Shown here: piece after piece, positions 26,851 to 39,949 of the stretch
Layout of the letters: each line of letters opens with the position of its first letter
How positions within the stretch are numbered: the first letter of the stretch is position 1
Source: Vicugna vicugna
Taxonomy: Eukaryota
NCBI GenBank assembly: GCA_013265495.1
Contig: MU058384.1
Span: forward strand, 2,419,690-2,483,689
Direction of reading: 5' to 3'
DNA: 64,000 nt
Position numbers and translations under genes: made by a program
Notes under the pieces: generated by a model
Seen by the model: only the letters and a program-made list of their open reading frames with translations
Database searches by the model: none
What the model was told of the DNA's origin: nothing

Positions 26851-27423
26851 TGTCAAGTCTCCATGTCTCGGACAGTAGAACTTTGTTTTTTCAATTGTTG
26901 CTACTCTAATAGAGCTAAAGTTGGAGTAACAAGTACCATGGATTTATATGTTTTCTGTTGAATGTATAAATTGAGCCATTAAAAAATGCTGAACACGTTG
27001 GTAAAAACATGGCTCTTCAGTAAACTGTGACATCCAGGCAATGCAAATTATTAGATGAAAACACTTCCCCATTCTCATATATCTATGCAGGATGTAAAGT
27101 AAGGGCGTTGGGGAAATCTTTATAATTAGTAAGCTCTTTCCAAACACAACCTAATGTGTAACACAATAATATCATAATTCATGTGGTTTCCTTCTTGAAG
27201 ATGTGGACTTAAGGAGTTAGGAAGCAGCATGAAATAATGCATAGAGGACAGTGCCCCGGACGCTGGGACAGAAGCCTGCTTTCCACCCCTAGGCTTACCA
27301 CTGATCGCCGTGTAACCAAATAGTGGCATTATCTTTACACAACTGTGGCCACTTAATATCAGGTTGAATATTGAATGAGAAAGGAAATTACCCCATGTGT
27401 GACTCTTACTACAGTTCATTTTC

Positions 27424-27620
27424 TTTTTTTTTTTTTTCAATTGCAGTGCAGTTGATTTACAAGGTTGTGTTAATTTCTGGTGTGCAGCATAGTGATTCGT
27501 TATACATATGTATGTATTTTCAGATTATTTTCCAATATAAGCCATTACACGTTATTGAATATAGTCCCCTGTGCTATATGTCAGGAAGTTGTTGTTTATC
27601 TATTCTGTGTATAGTAGTTT
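27424..27620 (-). mobile_element. 5'-truncated L1 3' end
   Basis: Poly-T then ttgcagtgcagttgatttacaa..tctggtgtgcagcatagtgattc..ttgaatatagtcccctgtgctata. Degenerate TSD tacagttcattttc / tatagtttattttc. Confidence 0.88.
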
Positions 27621-29199
27621 TATAGTTTATTTTCCTAGAGCACTTCTCTGACTAGTCCTGGTGGGTTGGAAATGTCTCACTACCCCGTAAATGTACCTCC
27701 TCTTTAAAATGAGAGCCAGAGGAGTTCACTGTACAGATTTTTTTATTACTGACGCTCCTTTGGTTTTCACTCAAATCTCACTTTTCAGTGAGCTCTCCCC
27801 TGACTCAGACACTGCAGCCTGGCCACCTCCCCATCCCCAAATCCCTTTTATCCTAGTCAACTTTTTATTTCGCCATTGCGCTAACCACCTTCTAATATAC
27901 CGTATAATTGTGGTTTCTTGTCAAATAACGTAAGCTCCAAGAGAGCCAGGATCTCAAATGCACTCACTTAGTCTGTGCTCAGTATTTACCTTTGTAATGA
28001 CTGCATCAATGTTCCAGGGCCATTGTTGCATATGTGAAAGGCTACACACTGTTTCCAGTTTGGAAGTATGCCTGGTGACTTTCAACCTCAGAAACTTGCG
28101 GATTGTGAATTGAACAGGAGTCCCGAACCGGCTTACTACCTGTCTTGAATGCAATGAGTTGAGAGGCAGCTCTGGAAGCCAAGTGAGGTCACTCTTGCTT
28201 ATAAATTTGTTTTCCTACAAGGAACTTTGCACACTCATTTCAAGCAGCTATATAATTTAACTTACACTCCCAGTCCTCATTTGCCATCTTGCTATGTATG
28301 TAATTACTTTTAAATGAAGCTGTGTATGGGATGAAAGAATGCAAGTTGGAAATCCGTGATAGTATAGATGTGGGTAGGATAATATGTGTGTTTTGTTTTT
28401 CTTGTTTGTTTGCTTTGCTTTTGTTGCTGTTTATGAAAGAAGATTAAGGGGTGGGGGATGATTTCAGGAGGGATCATTCCAAAGCTTTCCCTGGAGGGAG
28501 CCCCTTATATAAATTTTATTCTTTGACTAAGAGCTTTTGTTATAAACTAAATGTTTTGAATTAGTGGGTTATTGCATTTTTCCACTCATTTGTAAGTCTG
28601 GCCCAAAGCTATGAAATAAGAGGCTGTCTAACGTGTTTCAAAAACTGTTTTGCCGTGAAGTGGGGAGAGATGTGAGGAGCATTCTTCTCCTTTGTCCCTT
28701 TCCATAATATTACCTGATCTGTGTTCTTTCCCTTTTTGTTCCTGTCCCTTTCCCCTGGAGTGTATTTTTCTAGTGCCTGCTTGTACCGCATTTCTGATTC
28801 TCTTCTGTTTGTGTTTCCCCAGTTCTCTGTGGCTAATTGCAAATGAGCAAAAGAACCAGAACTCAGTACAGTGTATTCAGGTTAAAGAGACACTCAAATA
28901 ATGTTGGTATGAAATTACTCCTCTTCTCTCCCATGGTGGGTGTTTGATGTGGGATTTTTAAAACCTGGCTCTTAGATGATAAATTAAACTTAAAATACAG
29001 GTTTAAATGATTAGAGTACTTTATCATCTAATTTCTCCTTTGGAGTAGGGAAAGATGAGAGTTTTGTTGGTGGTGGTGGTGGGGGTGAGAGTTGTGGCAG
29101 CTTGGTGCAAACAAAACCACCCTTTGGAACAACGACAGTGTGCTTCTCAATCACTGGCAAAAGGAAAAAAAACTGGGTGAGAAGACAGGGCGTACTAAT

Positions 29200-29911
29200 T
29201 TGCACGAAAATGCAACCAAGTCATTTTTACAGCTCCATGGAGATCCTATTGTAAAGTTGTACTGTTTGCAAACGTTCCTTTGGTGTGGGAGGCAGAGCCT
29301 GGGGGCGTGGCCGGGAAACAATAGTTTGGCTCCTTTCTCCCCCCTCAATCAGTTCAAATTCCTGAGTTAACTGGAGAGTCAAAGAATCAACACAGACTGG
29401 CTCTAAGACTTGTCGGCTCCAGTAAAACGATCTGGATGTTCATAGTGGCCCAGTGAAAATGGGGAACACATTTGCTTCACCTCAACTTCCCTAAAGGAAA
29501 ATTTGCGCTAGTTTTGTTGACTCCAGAGAGGAGAAACTTCCGATCTGTTGGGGAGAAAACTGAATAATTGAGCACCAAGGCAGAAAAACTGATGTGGCTA
29601 TCATGCAAATAAGAGCTGTGATTGGCTTTCTCTTTCTTTCTGCACTCGCACCCGTTGTCACTGGCGGCTCTCAGCCTTAAAGATTAGGTTTCAGTGGGAG
29701 CTTTTCAGGTTCAAGGACTGTTAATGGTTTGTAACTGCCTGACAATAAAGCTCAACCTCCAAGTTGCATCAGCCCAGTCAGATGTCTAAGGACGCGAGAC
29801 CAGAGGAAGAAAGTTAGAGTCTGGAGCAGAAGGAAGCCGCTTGCCACCTGTCTGCTGGACTGAGCTTTTGATGTGACTTAAATTTCTAAGCCCTATGTAG
29901 ACATCCTGGAA
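29200..29911 (+). promoter_or_regulatory. NHSL1: Putative alternative promoter and 5' leader of the MVVF exon
   Basis: Repeat-free stretch directly upstream of the first coding exon, with GC box GGGGCGTGGC (29302-29311), SOX-like AACAATAG (29317), octamer ATGCAAAT (29603-29610) and inverted CCAAT GATTGG (29620). TSS not determinable from sequence. Confidence 0.6.
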
Positions 29912-29969
29912 ATGGTGGTCTTCATTAATACCAAGATCAAGTCTTTAATTAAGCTTTTTAAGAAGAAAA
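29912..29969 (+). CDS. NHSL1: NHSL1 alternative first coding exon (MVVFINTKIKSLIKLFKKK + phase-1 base)
   Basis: gaaATGG start at 29912, 19 codons + A, then donor AAA|GTAAGT at 29970. A+CT joins exon 2 as Thr, giving ...[14 protein letters not shown], which matches the NHSL1 isoform N-terminus as I recall it (human [28 protein letters not shown]). Confidence 0.93.
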
Positions 29970-30598
29970 GTAAGTAGTTCCTTTTCTCCCGACTATATGT
30001 GAGTGTGTGTGAGCGTGCATGTTTGTGTTTTATGGACGACTTCACCCTTTTGCATGACGGAATTAACAGTGTGAAACAGCATAATTGGCATGTTTTAAAC
30101 TCCATTCTATACCAAGTTGTTCGAATACCTCAGACTTTTGTAACTCTAGGGCAGAATTATGTGATCTTTAGCATGTCTTACTTATTTATGGTTGAGATTT
30201 TAGGCGAATTCATTTCTTTTGAGCTTCTCAAAAGAAATCCTTTGAAGAAGGGGGAACCCTTGTGTTTACTCTATGTCTCCGTGATGTGCAGTGTATGGTT
30301 TTCGATTCTTTGGCTACACGTGAGGAGACTCGGTAACGTACCACATATTTTTGGTGGGGATGGTCCTCTAAACCTCTCTGGAACTCTTTGTTAGGTGTTT
30401 AAGAGCTCAAGGACAGGCTCCATCTAGATGGGTCAGTCACTGTGAAGTGCACAGCTTTTGTGGTGTGGCCTCATTGTGTACTTACCATTGGTTTAAGTTT
30501 CTTTAATCCAGGTGCTCCTTCATTCTTTAGAAAGTATTTTTTTCATAAATATGTGGTTTTGTTTTTACCTAGTTTTTGGTTTATTTTACGTTAGTTTT

Positions 30599-30636
30599 TG
30601 GACCAATGGATTTAAATTGGACCAATGGATTTAAAT
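30599..30636. repeat. Perfect 19-bp tandem duplication (tggaccaatggatttaaat)x2
   Basis: Read directly from the sequence. Confidence 0.92.
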
Positions 30637-31279
30637 GCCAAGGAGCACTGGTAAGAGAAACTTTGGAGAAAGCAAAAGAACAGCACTCCGGGCTTATTTC
30701 TGCAGCTCCCTGGGTCAAGGGTTCTTTGGATGGACTGATTAAAATCTGCCCTGGCAAGAGTGAGATACACCAGGGGAGAGACAACTGTTCTTTCATGGGA
30801 GCCAGTTGGTAGCGGTACGGTGGGGCTGATGGTGCGATTACACGGACTTGAATCCTATTACTTGAATTTGATTTGTAATTGGCAAATAGGAAGATTTCAA
30901 TTTTCAGTATTTTCCAACGATGAAGTATGGTAATTCAGTCTTTCAAATAAATGGACATCAGCGGAAAACATTGTCATTAACTGGGCTGCTCTGTGGGGGA
31001 CATCTGGTGAGTTCCATCCTGTGCAAGATTCTCAGATACATAACTAAGAGCTAAGTCAGGTCTCCATGGACTTTATATATTAAGATTGATAGTTCTATGT
31101 ATGCACCATGCAAAACATTTGTTCAACAGAGATTATGTGAAATGCCAGGAGCCTAATTTACATGCTGCTTTTAGCAAACATTAAAAGCAGAAAGCACACA
31201 GGACACTTCTGTTTTAAACTTGATGTCTAATTCTTATTTTCCCATTTAGCAATTTATGGAAAGGGTGGGATAATTAAAA

Positions 31280-31497
31280 TTTTTTCTTCCTTCTAGTTTT
31301 ATTGAGATATAGTTGACATATAGCACTATATACATTTAAGGTAGACGGCATAATGATTTGACTTACACACCATCAAATGATTCTCACAGTAGGTTTAGTG
31401 AAATGCATCAGCTCATATAGATACAAAATAAAAGGAAAATAAAAAATATTTTTTCTTTGTGATGAGAATTCTTAGAACTTACTCTCGACAACTTTTT
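31280..31497 (-). mobile_element. L1MA-like 3' end
   Basis: ttttattgagatatagttgacata..tttaaggt..cataatgatttgac..gtgatgagaattcttaga..tactctc. Confidence 0.8.
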
Positions 31498-32969
31498 CAA
31501 ATCTTAAAACTGGAGATGGGATGATTTAAGAAATGAATTATTTAAAGGCAGGCTTGTAGAATTCAGTAGCTGTAGAGAGGATAGAATACAGGGAGGGTGC
31601 TGACCTTACCCCAGGGTACATGGGGTGGGCAGGTTCCCAGGGGCACCAAGAAAGGCCATGTTCCTTTTCAACGATGGTTCTAAAGGTCAGGGGCTCCTTT
31701 TGAGTAATTTCACTGTTCTTGCCACAACCATTCTTTCCATGAGTTATTTCATAAGCTAAGACAACATTTATTAGTTCATTTGATCTTCATAATAGCTGTG
31801 TTATTACGTACATGGAGTTAATTTTAAATATGTTCAAATAGGCAGGTTCACACATGCCTGTTCATTCTGTTGTGAGAATCTACTTTATGGTCTCATTTCC
31901 GGGGACGTACTATGTTGTAGAAATGAGTATGTCCGGTGTGCATTCTGTGGCATAAGTCAGAGTTAGGGGAAGGCTCGCCCCTGACTCACAGTTCTATATC
32001 TGCTGGTTTTACAAGTGTCAAGACTTGTCAGCCCCCAATAAATGCTTTAGCACAAGGTCCTTCTCCTAAACCTCTCTAGTCTCTCCTACGCCTCGCTTAC
32101 AGTGGCACTTATATATGAGGTATTAAAAAATTATGCATTTGTTTGGTGCTGTCAGCTTCACATTATGATCCATTGGTACCCCATCTTGGGTTGTGTTGTC
32201 AGGAAAAATGAAATAGACAAAGTGATCCCAAGAGGAGTAAAGGAAAATTATCACAAGAGATTTAGTGTTCTCTCCTGATTACCTGTGATTCCGCCCCCTC
32301 CCCGATATTCTCATCTCTTTTGTGTTGGGAAAATTCAATTGAATTGGATTATGCTGGCTGGGAAAAGTCAATTGCATTGGAATTTCTAAAAAAAAAAAAA
32401 TTAATGTAAAAATATTCCATGAAAGCAAGAAATACAGAGAAAATTTTGTAGCATAAATTGATTTCTAATTTAATTAGATATGCCATTTAAATGTATTACA
32501 TTGAATGTTTATGCTAATTTTTCTTAAAACTTGAGTTTATAACAGTGGTGTTTTAAAATAATACTTTAGAGAGGAAAGAATTGGTCCCAACTTCTTAGTC
32601 AAAAATTTGTTTCTGTCTTGACAATCTAACATTTACTAATGCGATGACATAGTACAATTGAATAACAAATATTTGTCATGGCAAATTGAAGCCAAAATTG
32701 GAGGTCTTTATCAATTTTGTCAATCATTTTCTAACACTGGAGTAGAGGGAGGGTTTAAAATGCTGGGAAGCAATTAACTGAGCAAACAGACAAAACAGCG
32801 TGGGAAGGACCCTGGAGTGTAAGATTGAATCTTAATCAGAATTTGCTGCATTTTTCCCTTGTTGGCCTTTACCTGTGGATGTGCTAGGTACTGACATCTT
32901 GATGTAACACATTTGGAGCCAGTGAAGCTTCATTTGACATCTGAATGTATTCTGCCTTTCTTTCTACAG

Positions 32970-33122
32970 CTGTTTCTAACCTAGATGAGGAGAGTCGATG
33001 GACAGTCCACTACACAGCTCCGTGGCACCAGCAGGAGAATGTGTTCCTTCCCACCACGAGACCCCCCTGCGTTGAGGACCTGCACCGCCAAGCCAAGCTC
33101 AACCTCAAATCAGTATTGAGGG
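32970..33122 (+). CDS. NHSL1: NHSL1 common exon 2 (153 nt, phase 1-1), part of the WAVE-homology/NHS N-terminal region
   Basis: Acceptor tctgcctttctttctacAG|C and donor AGGG|GTAAGA. Encodes [50 protein letters not shown], recognised as NHSL1 (contained in ORF 32945..33250). Confidence 0.96.
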
Positions 33123-34109
33123 GTAAGATGGCACCCTGCAAGCTTGATGCTCTTGAATTACTGACTGTTAGAATTGAAAGCATAGATTTGGTTGCTCTTC
33201 ATAAAGCAAGACTATTTATAACGAGCATACAGTGTGCTGTGTCTTTATAAGATACCGTAAATACTTACAATTTAATACATGCCTAATATGTCCTGGTCTC
33301 TGTAGAAAGCTGCCTGTTTCCAGATATGCAAATCTATCTTCAAAAAGCCCACTCTGGGCTAGAACTGCTTTAGCATGTTTAAACCATCAGTACTAATTTA
33401 ATCAAAATAAACAAACCCCTGCTGATATGGGAAAATTTTCCACTGCCTTTTTTAAACCATTGTGAAGTATTCAAAGCAAAATTGTTAAAGCTAGTACTTG
33501 GAAATGGTTTGTTCAGTTAGTTCACGGTGGGTGGAAAGGGGTCCTACATCTATGTAGACTTTGAAGGAGAGCAGAGTGGTTTGATCTGAACTTGGGCAGC
33601 ACCCAGCTGGGCTCCTAACTTAAGCCCAGGTGAGCAGAGTGCGCTGTGGCCAGTGGGAGAGCCAGGAAGACTGTGCGCCTGTATCTCGTTTAAAATTCTC
33701 CTTTTTACCTCAACTTGTTGCTGTTGTTAAGAAGAGTATGTGCATGGCAAAGAGGGCTTCCTAAAAGTGACAAAGAAGGGAGGAAGTTTTTTAAAAGAGG
33801 AAGAAGTGACTTTTAGGATTCAGAAACTCTCTTAAAACAACAAAGCGGCGTTGTGGTTCTACCAGATGCTGCTCCTACCATGTGCTACTTGGGATGTAAT
33901 TGTACTAAAAAAGTGCTGTTCTACTTATCTGAAATTTAATTTAACTGTGCAGCCTATATTTTATCTAATTGTAAAAGACTGAAGTCTGGGAGAAATGCTG
34001 TTACTGAATCAAGGGAAATCCAGCATGAGGACCCCTCTAATTTTTATGATAGTTTTTACTTGTATGTCAATCATTTATTACTGTACTGTCAGTCTGACTA
34101 CTGTGATTG

Positions 34110-34350
34110 CTAGTTAACATTTGTTAAACACTCAACTATATACCAAGTACTATTCTAAACCATTGCACATCTTATCTCCTTTAATCTTCACCGTAATCCT
34201 ACTACAAATCATTACTATGCCAGTTTTATAGATGAAAACACAGAGACACAAAGATTAGAAACTTGCCTAAGATCTCAAAATTTCTTAATGGTAGAGCCGT
34301 GATTTAAACTTGGACAGTCTCAGGCTGCAGAGCTCATGTTCTTAACTGCT
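34110..34350 (-). mobile_element. MIR SINE
   Basis: catttgttaaacactcaactatat..tttaatcttcac..ttttatagatgaaaacacagagac..aacttgcctaagatc. Confidence 0.8.
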
Positions 34351-35776
34351 GCTTTTAACAACCATTCATTGGAAATCTATTTTTCTGGCAGAAATGCAGA
34401 TTCACAGGCAGGGTCTTGGCTCTCGAGAAATTTATGCTTATATCTAGAGTGCAAATCACACTGTGAGAAATACTCAAGAAAGGTGGCCAAAATTGCTGCA
34501 TTAGAATTAGAGAAAGCACATAATTTCTGCTTAGACAAGGAATAGCTGTCATAGACTCGCAGTAGATTTGGGGTTCTGAACAGAACTAGACAAACATTTT
34601 AGATCATGGCCTAATTCTTCATTTAATCTTTTGTAATGCTTCGATTATCTCGTATATATCTCACAGTCTTATGTGTCATTTGTATCTTATCTTGCATCTT
34701 ACAGTCTTGCCATCGGACTGTCCAGAAAGGGGGACATTACGAGCTCCCTTTCTCATTTAGCCTGAGGAACTTACATATTTCGTGACTATAAGCTTAAATA
34801 AGAAGAATCACGTTAGTTGGGCTCTTCTGTGTGTACTTTGACCTCTATTGCCTTCATGACGTACCTAAATCCAACCAAAATTTCTTCTACACCCCTTCTG
34901 TTCCTAGTGATTTGTCTTTAGTACATTTTGACAAAGAGCTTCTCTACTTATAGCTCACCTTCCTCCACCAAAGAATTAATAAGAATATTAAATGGCACGG
35001 TTCCCAGGACAAACCCCTGAGGCAGTACCATTGTTAACATTTCTCTTGAAGCTCCAAACAACAGAGCACTTTTGCTCTGCATGGTCTGGCTTGTAGAGAA
35101 TGCTTCGGGAAGGTATATGTGAGTTTGAAAATCCAGGCCCAGCCTTTTTTTGATCAGTCTGCAGGAAATTGTGCTTCACTCCCTCTTTCATGTATTTCAA
35201 GTACCAGATTAGAGCCTCTCTTTTCTTCCCTCAGAACACGGCACATCTGTAGATAGATTTTCCTGATTTTATTTTCTTTTGGACTGTTCAGTAGATACCT
35301 ATAAAATATCATCACCACTGGTTTTGCCTACACTTAAATTTTATTTTGAAGAGTTAAATGCTTTAGTGATTGCTTAAATGCCCTAAAATGGCTCATCGAA
35401 GGGATTTACTATTAATAAAATTAATAAGTTTGGAAAATTCTTAGAGCACAACTTTTAAAGTTTGGATTTAAATGCACCTGAAGAGATTTTAGATGACTGA
35501 TAACTTGGAGAACAGTGGCAACAGAGACAAATGAAACGAGAAAGGACATCTGAGTTCTTTTGTTCTTCATTTATTTACTTTTAATCACATGTGCAGAACT
35601 CCAAATACCACTTCCCCTACATCATGTTAGCAACCTGAAATAAACACAGCTGAGTATCCATTGCCTTACTATCAGTGAAGATTAAAAAGAAAAAATCCAG
35701 TCCCTGAATATGTGGCATTATATAAAGCATGATGTTGTAGAAGATTATCCATCCAAGTTCATTTGAAACCTCATCC

Positions 35777-36231
35777 TTTTTTTTTTTAATAATTGAAGTA
35801 TAGTTGATTTATAATGTTGTATTAGTTTCTGGTGTACAGCATAGTGATCCAGTTATACATACATATATATGTATATTCTTTTTTATAGTCTTTTCCATTA
35901 TGGTTTATTACAGGATATTAAATATAGTTCCCTGTGCTACACAGTAGGACCTTGTTGTTTATCTAGTTTACATAATCTGCTAATCCCAAACTCCTAATTT
36001 ATCCCTCCCCAACCCCCTTCTCCCCTTAGGAAATGAATAAGATTGTTTTCTATGTCTATGAGTCTGTTTCTGTTTTGTAAATAGGTTCATTTATGTCATA
36101 TTTTAGATTCCACATTATAAGTGATAGAGTATGTCTTTCTCTGTCTGACTTACTTCACTTAGTCGATAATCTCTAGGTCCATCCATGTTGCTGCAATGGC
36201 ATTATTTCTCTCTTTATGGCTGAGTAGTATT

Positions 36232-36265
<34 letters not shown>

Positions 36266-36488
36266 TATATATCTCACATCTTCCTTATCTAGTCATCTGT
36301 TGATGGACATTTAAGTTGCTTCCATGTCTTGGCTATTGTAAATAGTGCTGCTGTGAACATTGGGGTGCATGTATCTTTTTGAATTAGAATTTTCTCCAGA
36401 TATATGCCTAGGAGTGGGATTGATAGATCATATGGTAACTCTATTTTTAGTTTTTAAGGAATCTATACTGTTTTCCATAGTGGCTGCA
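35777..36488 (-). mobile_element. Cetartiodactyl-type L1 3' region (about 0.7 kb) with internal (TG)n
   Basis: Poly-T, ttgaagtatagttgattta.., ctgacttacttcacttagt, ctctaggtccatccatgttgctgc, tgttttccatagtggctgca. Confidence 0.93.
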
Positions 36489-38069
36489 TGCAGAGGTAAA
36501 TGATACAGTGAGTACTAATAAATTAATAGCTAAGTGTTGTAAACATTTGCTTGTTTTAAAGTAATGCAGAAATGTTTATGAGTCAGTAGAGTGGTTGAGG
36601 AAGGCATGGGTTTACTGAAAATATTTTTATGAAAAAGCTAAGCTTGAGTGAATATATAAAGATCGGTAATAGACAGAACTTAATACATATTTAGGAATCA
36701 GTTCTGTGTGATGGCAGTTTATAAATGAATGGACAAAAGGTTGTGGGTCTGTAACATTAAAGAGCTGAGCTTGCTGTCTTTGTCAGGACTGAAGTAAACA
36801 GACAGTAGTGTAGTGGAGATGTGTATGAGGTACATTGGGCACGTAGGGGAGAGCCCAGTCAGCCAGAAAAGAAAAGCATTGGGAGAGCCCCACTCTCCCA
36901 TCCCCCACTGGAGGGGCAGTGGGCTATCACGGTGTATAAAATGGCCTGTGGAGTGCCCAGAGCCGGTGGCTTCCATTCTGGTCCAAACAAAGCAGAGATC
37001 TTTTGTATTTGTTGTAGGGGGCGAGTCTCTGGAGAATTTGATAGAATTTGGTAGCCATGCTACTAGATCAAATGATTTGGTTTTGTTGATTTTTTTTTGG
37101 TTGCTAGAGATTTAGGTAATAATTTACTGCTAACAGCAATACAAACATGTTCCAAGATTTAAAAAGGGTATTTTGATAACTGGCTCCACAGGAATTCTGG
37201 CAGAAATGAGCAGTGAATTTCTGAAGATGGATCCATAAAGAATTCACTCAGCTTTTTACTGAATTTCCAGAAAAATTCTACTGTTTTAATTTCCATAGTT
37301 GTTCGAACCCTTCATGAACCTCATCAGCGTTAGTTGTGATGACGAATAACCTTATCTACTAAATTTTTATCTGGATAGTTTTTAGCTGTGTTAAAAAGAC
37401 CTCAATTCGATAGGAAAAAGGAACTTGAGGGATGGGGTAGGTGTGCTCACGCTCAGTGAAAGGTTCAGGTTTTATTTCTTTACAACCTGTTGGCCTCATT
37501 TGACAATTATAAGCATATTATAGGCTGAAATAATGACATGTTATTTTTAAGGCTTCATCCCCAAAAAGCCCAACTTGGGAGAGAAACATAATTTCTCACA
37601 GTACATTTACTGTGCAGTTTGGTTACTGTATCTGTGTAATGCCTGCCTGAGTTAGTTCACAGAGCATCTGTTGTTGATATTAGAAATGTTCTCTCGTCAC
37701 AGCCCTCTTTCCTGAAGAAATACATTTTACTAGATCAGCCCGCTCTGTAGTTCTAGAATTAGAGGTGTGAGCACAGGGAGGAGTGCGTTGGATCTGGCCT
37801 GTGTTAATTCAAAGTCAGGAGGTTAAATGTATTATATCTGGAGGGATTGGAATTGAGGATTTACATTGTGAAGAAATGACTATTTGTACAAAGTGATTTA
37901 AAACAATAGAGTGTATATGTACAGACTAACCTGTTTAATGTTAAAGAATGGTCTGTATTTCAAAATTATGGACAAGGTTTCCAAGTAGCTCCAGCCAGGT
38001 TTCTCTGAAACCTCCTGTTGTTCTTGCTTTCTAATAGGAAAAGGCCGGGTTTCATGAAACGTGCACGGG

Positions 38070-38270
38070 TCACATCTAGGTTCACAATCTGGCTCTGGTA
38101 TGTACTAGGAATATAATATTTGAGCTTAATTTTGAGTTGTCTCTTTGACAATTTGAGTTTGTTTTCTCATCTATAAAGATCATAATATCTTTTTTCACGG
38201 GAATAAAATGAACTTACATATAAAGTATCTCAAAGTACCTGCCCCTCAATGTGGAAGTAGTAGGTGTTTG
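38070..38270 (+). mobile_element. MIR SINE
   Basis: ctaggttcacaatctggctctg..ttttctcatctataaa..aaaatgaacttacatataaagt. Confidence 0.6.
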
Positions 38271-39949
38271 GAGGGAAGGGTGCATTTTAAGTGCGGTGGA
38301 TTACAGGTAGAAATGTCAGCTCTCTTTCCCAAGTGGCTGTCATGATGTAGCTGGCACTCTCCCTCCCAGCCCTTATGCCCTGGAGACATAAAGTGGGGAG
38401 GAGGGAGAGAGGACCAGAACAGAACATCCTCAGATGGCAGTGACAGCCACAGACACGTGACAGGTTCGTTTCTTCCATGTGAGCAAGATGTCTTTCTACC
38501 CACTCCCTGTCAACCTCTGAAAGACTCGCAGTATGCTGGAGCCAGAAGGGCCTTCCCCGTTCCTCTGGTGAATAAAGTCCTTCTTCATTTTGTAGGTAAG
38601 TAAGCCAAGGCCAGGCAAACCTGAGGGATTAGTTTATAGTGACTTTGCAGTTGATAGATGACTCTGCCAGGACTCAAAATCGGGTTTCCTGCTCTGCCCA
38701 CGCTGGCCTGTTTTGACCTCAGAGCCTGAGGGCCCATCTCTGACACCTCTTCAACTGCCTTCAACTTGCAGTAAGATCTCTGGGACAGGGCTTACTCCGG
38801 GCATCGAAGGGCTCAAGGCAGACTTTGTTTCTTCAGCCAATGAGGAAATGCACAGTAGCTCATGGATGCCTCAAGTCGTTGGCTTCCCTCTTGCTCATGA
38901 AATCGTCTCTTCACTCATCCCAGATTTCATTAAAATTCAAATATGTTTAAGAGAGAAAAGAAAGGAAGCTTTATCATGAGATATCATGTGTAACTAGTAT
39001 CTGTAACCATTGTTTCATCCTTCCAGCATTTGTGCATATTTTTAGGGCTAAAACAGGTCATTAATACCTCAACAGACTTAAAAAATAATAGTAATAAGAC
39101 ACAGGTCACAAAAAGGACAGAGGAAAAAGAAAGATAAGGGCTTAGAAATATTAAACATACCAATGATTTAGCACTTGCAGCCGGTTTACCCTTTTCTTAG
39201 TTCTTTACTTGCATTCTTCTTGAAGAATCCTTTGATAAAATATGTAAAAGGAGGTGATGGAATGCCAGTGGTTAAAGAAAGATTATCTTTAATTTTTGTA
39301 TAAGTAAGAAACATTAACTTACACTCATTCATAGAGAATTTTAACTTATTTTCTAGTTTAAACAAAAATAGGCATAGAATTGAGGGCAGTGGAAGGGGAG
39401 TGGTTCATTATTCTGAAAAAGCCACTGAACAGAGATAGGATGTGTAATTGTCTTTCCTAAACCACCGGGGCATTGACTTCTTATTCTGTTGTCATCAACT
39501 ATTCTGAAAAATGAGATGGGAGACCAGATTTCTGATTCCAGTGCTGCCTGAGAACGCTGGAAAATCACATCCCATTCCTCTACTTAGCTTCCTCCTGCGG
39601 AAAACAACTTGTGATCTCCAAGTTCCCTTCTAAGCTCCAAAATTCTGATTGGCTTCTTGGTGCCTAACTGTTTAAGGGTGACATGTGTGAAGTTTATTGA
39701 CACAGAGATATAATTTACAGCTGAACCCAAGTCCTGACAAACTGAGTTGTCTAAAATCTAAAATTTAAGTTCGTGTTGGCATAAAAATGTCTAAGAGCAT
39801 CCAGCAAGTGAGGCACTGGGCTGGGCATTACAGCCCAGTCAGAGCTGAGTGACGTGGCTGCCCTCCCAGTTTAACCTAGTCCAAGAGATGAGTATGAATA
39901 ACTCACTAACAAGGCTGTTAGTGGTGGTATCATCGAGCCTCACCCTTGT

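Noticed and set aside
32945..33250. 101-aa ORF as a standalone gene
   Set aside because: It is exon 2 plus intronic read-through; NHSL1 similarity is bounded by the splice sites at 32970 and 33122.
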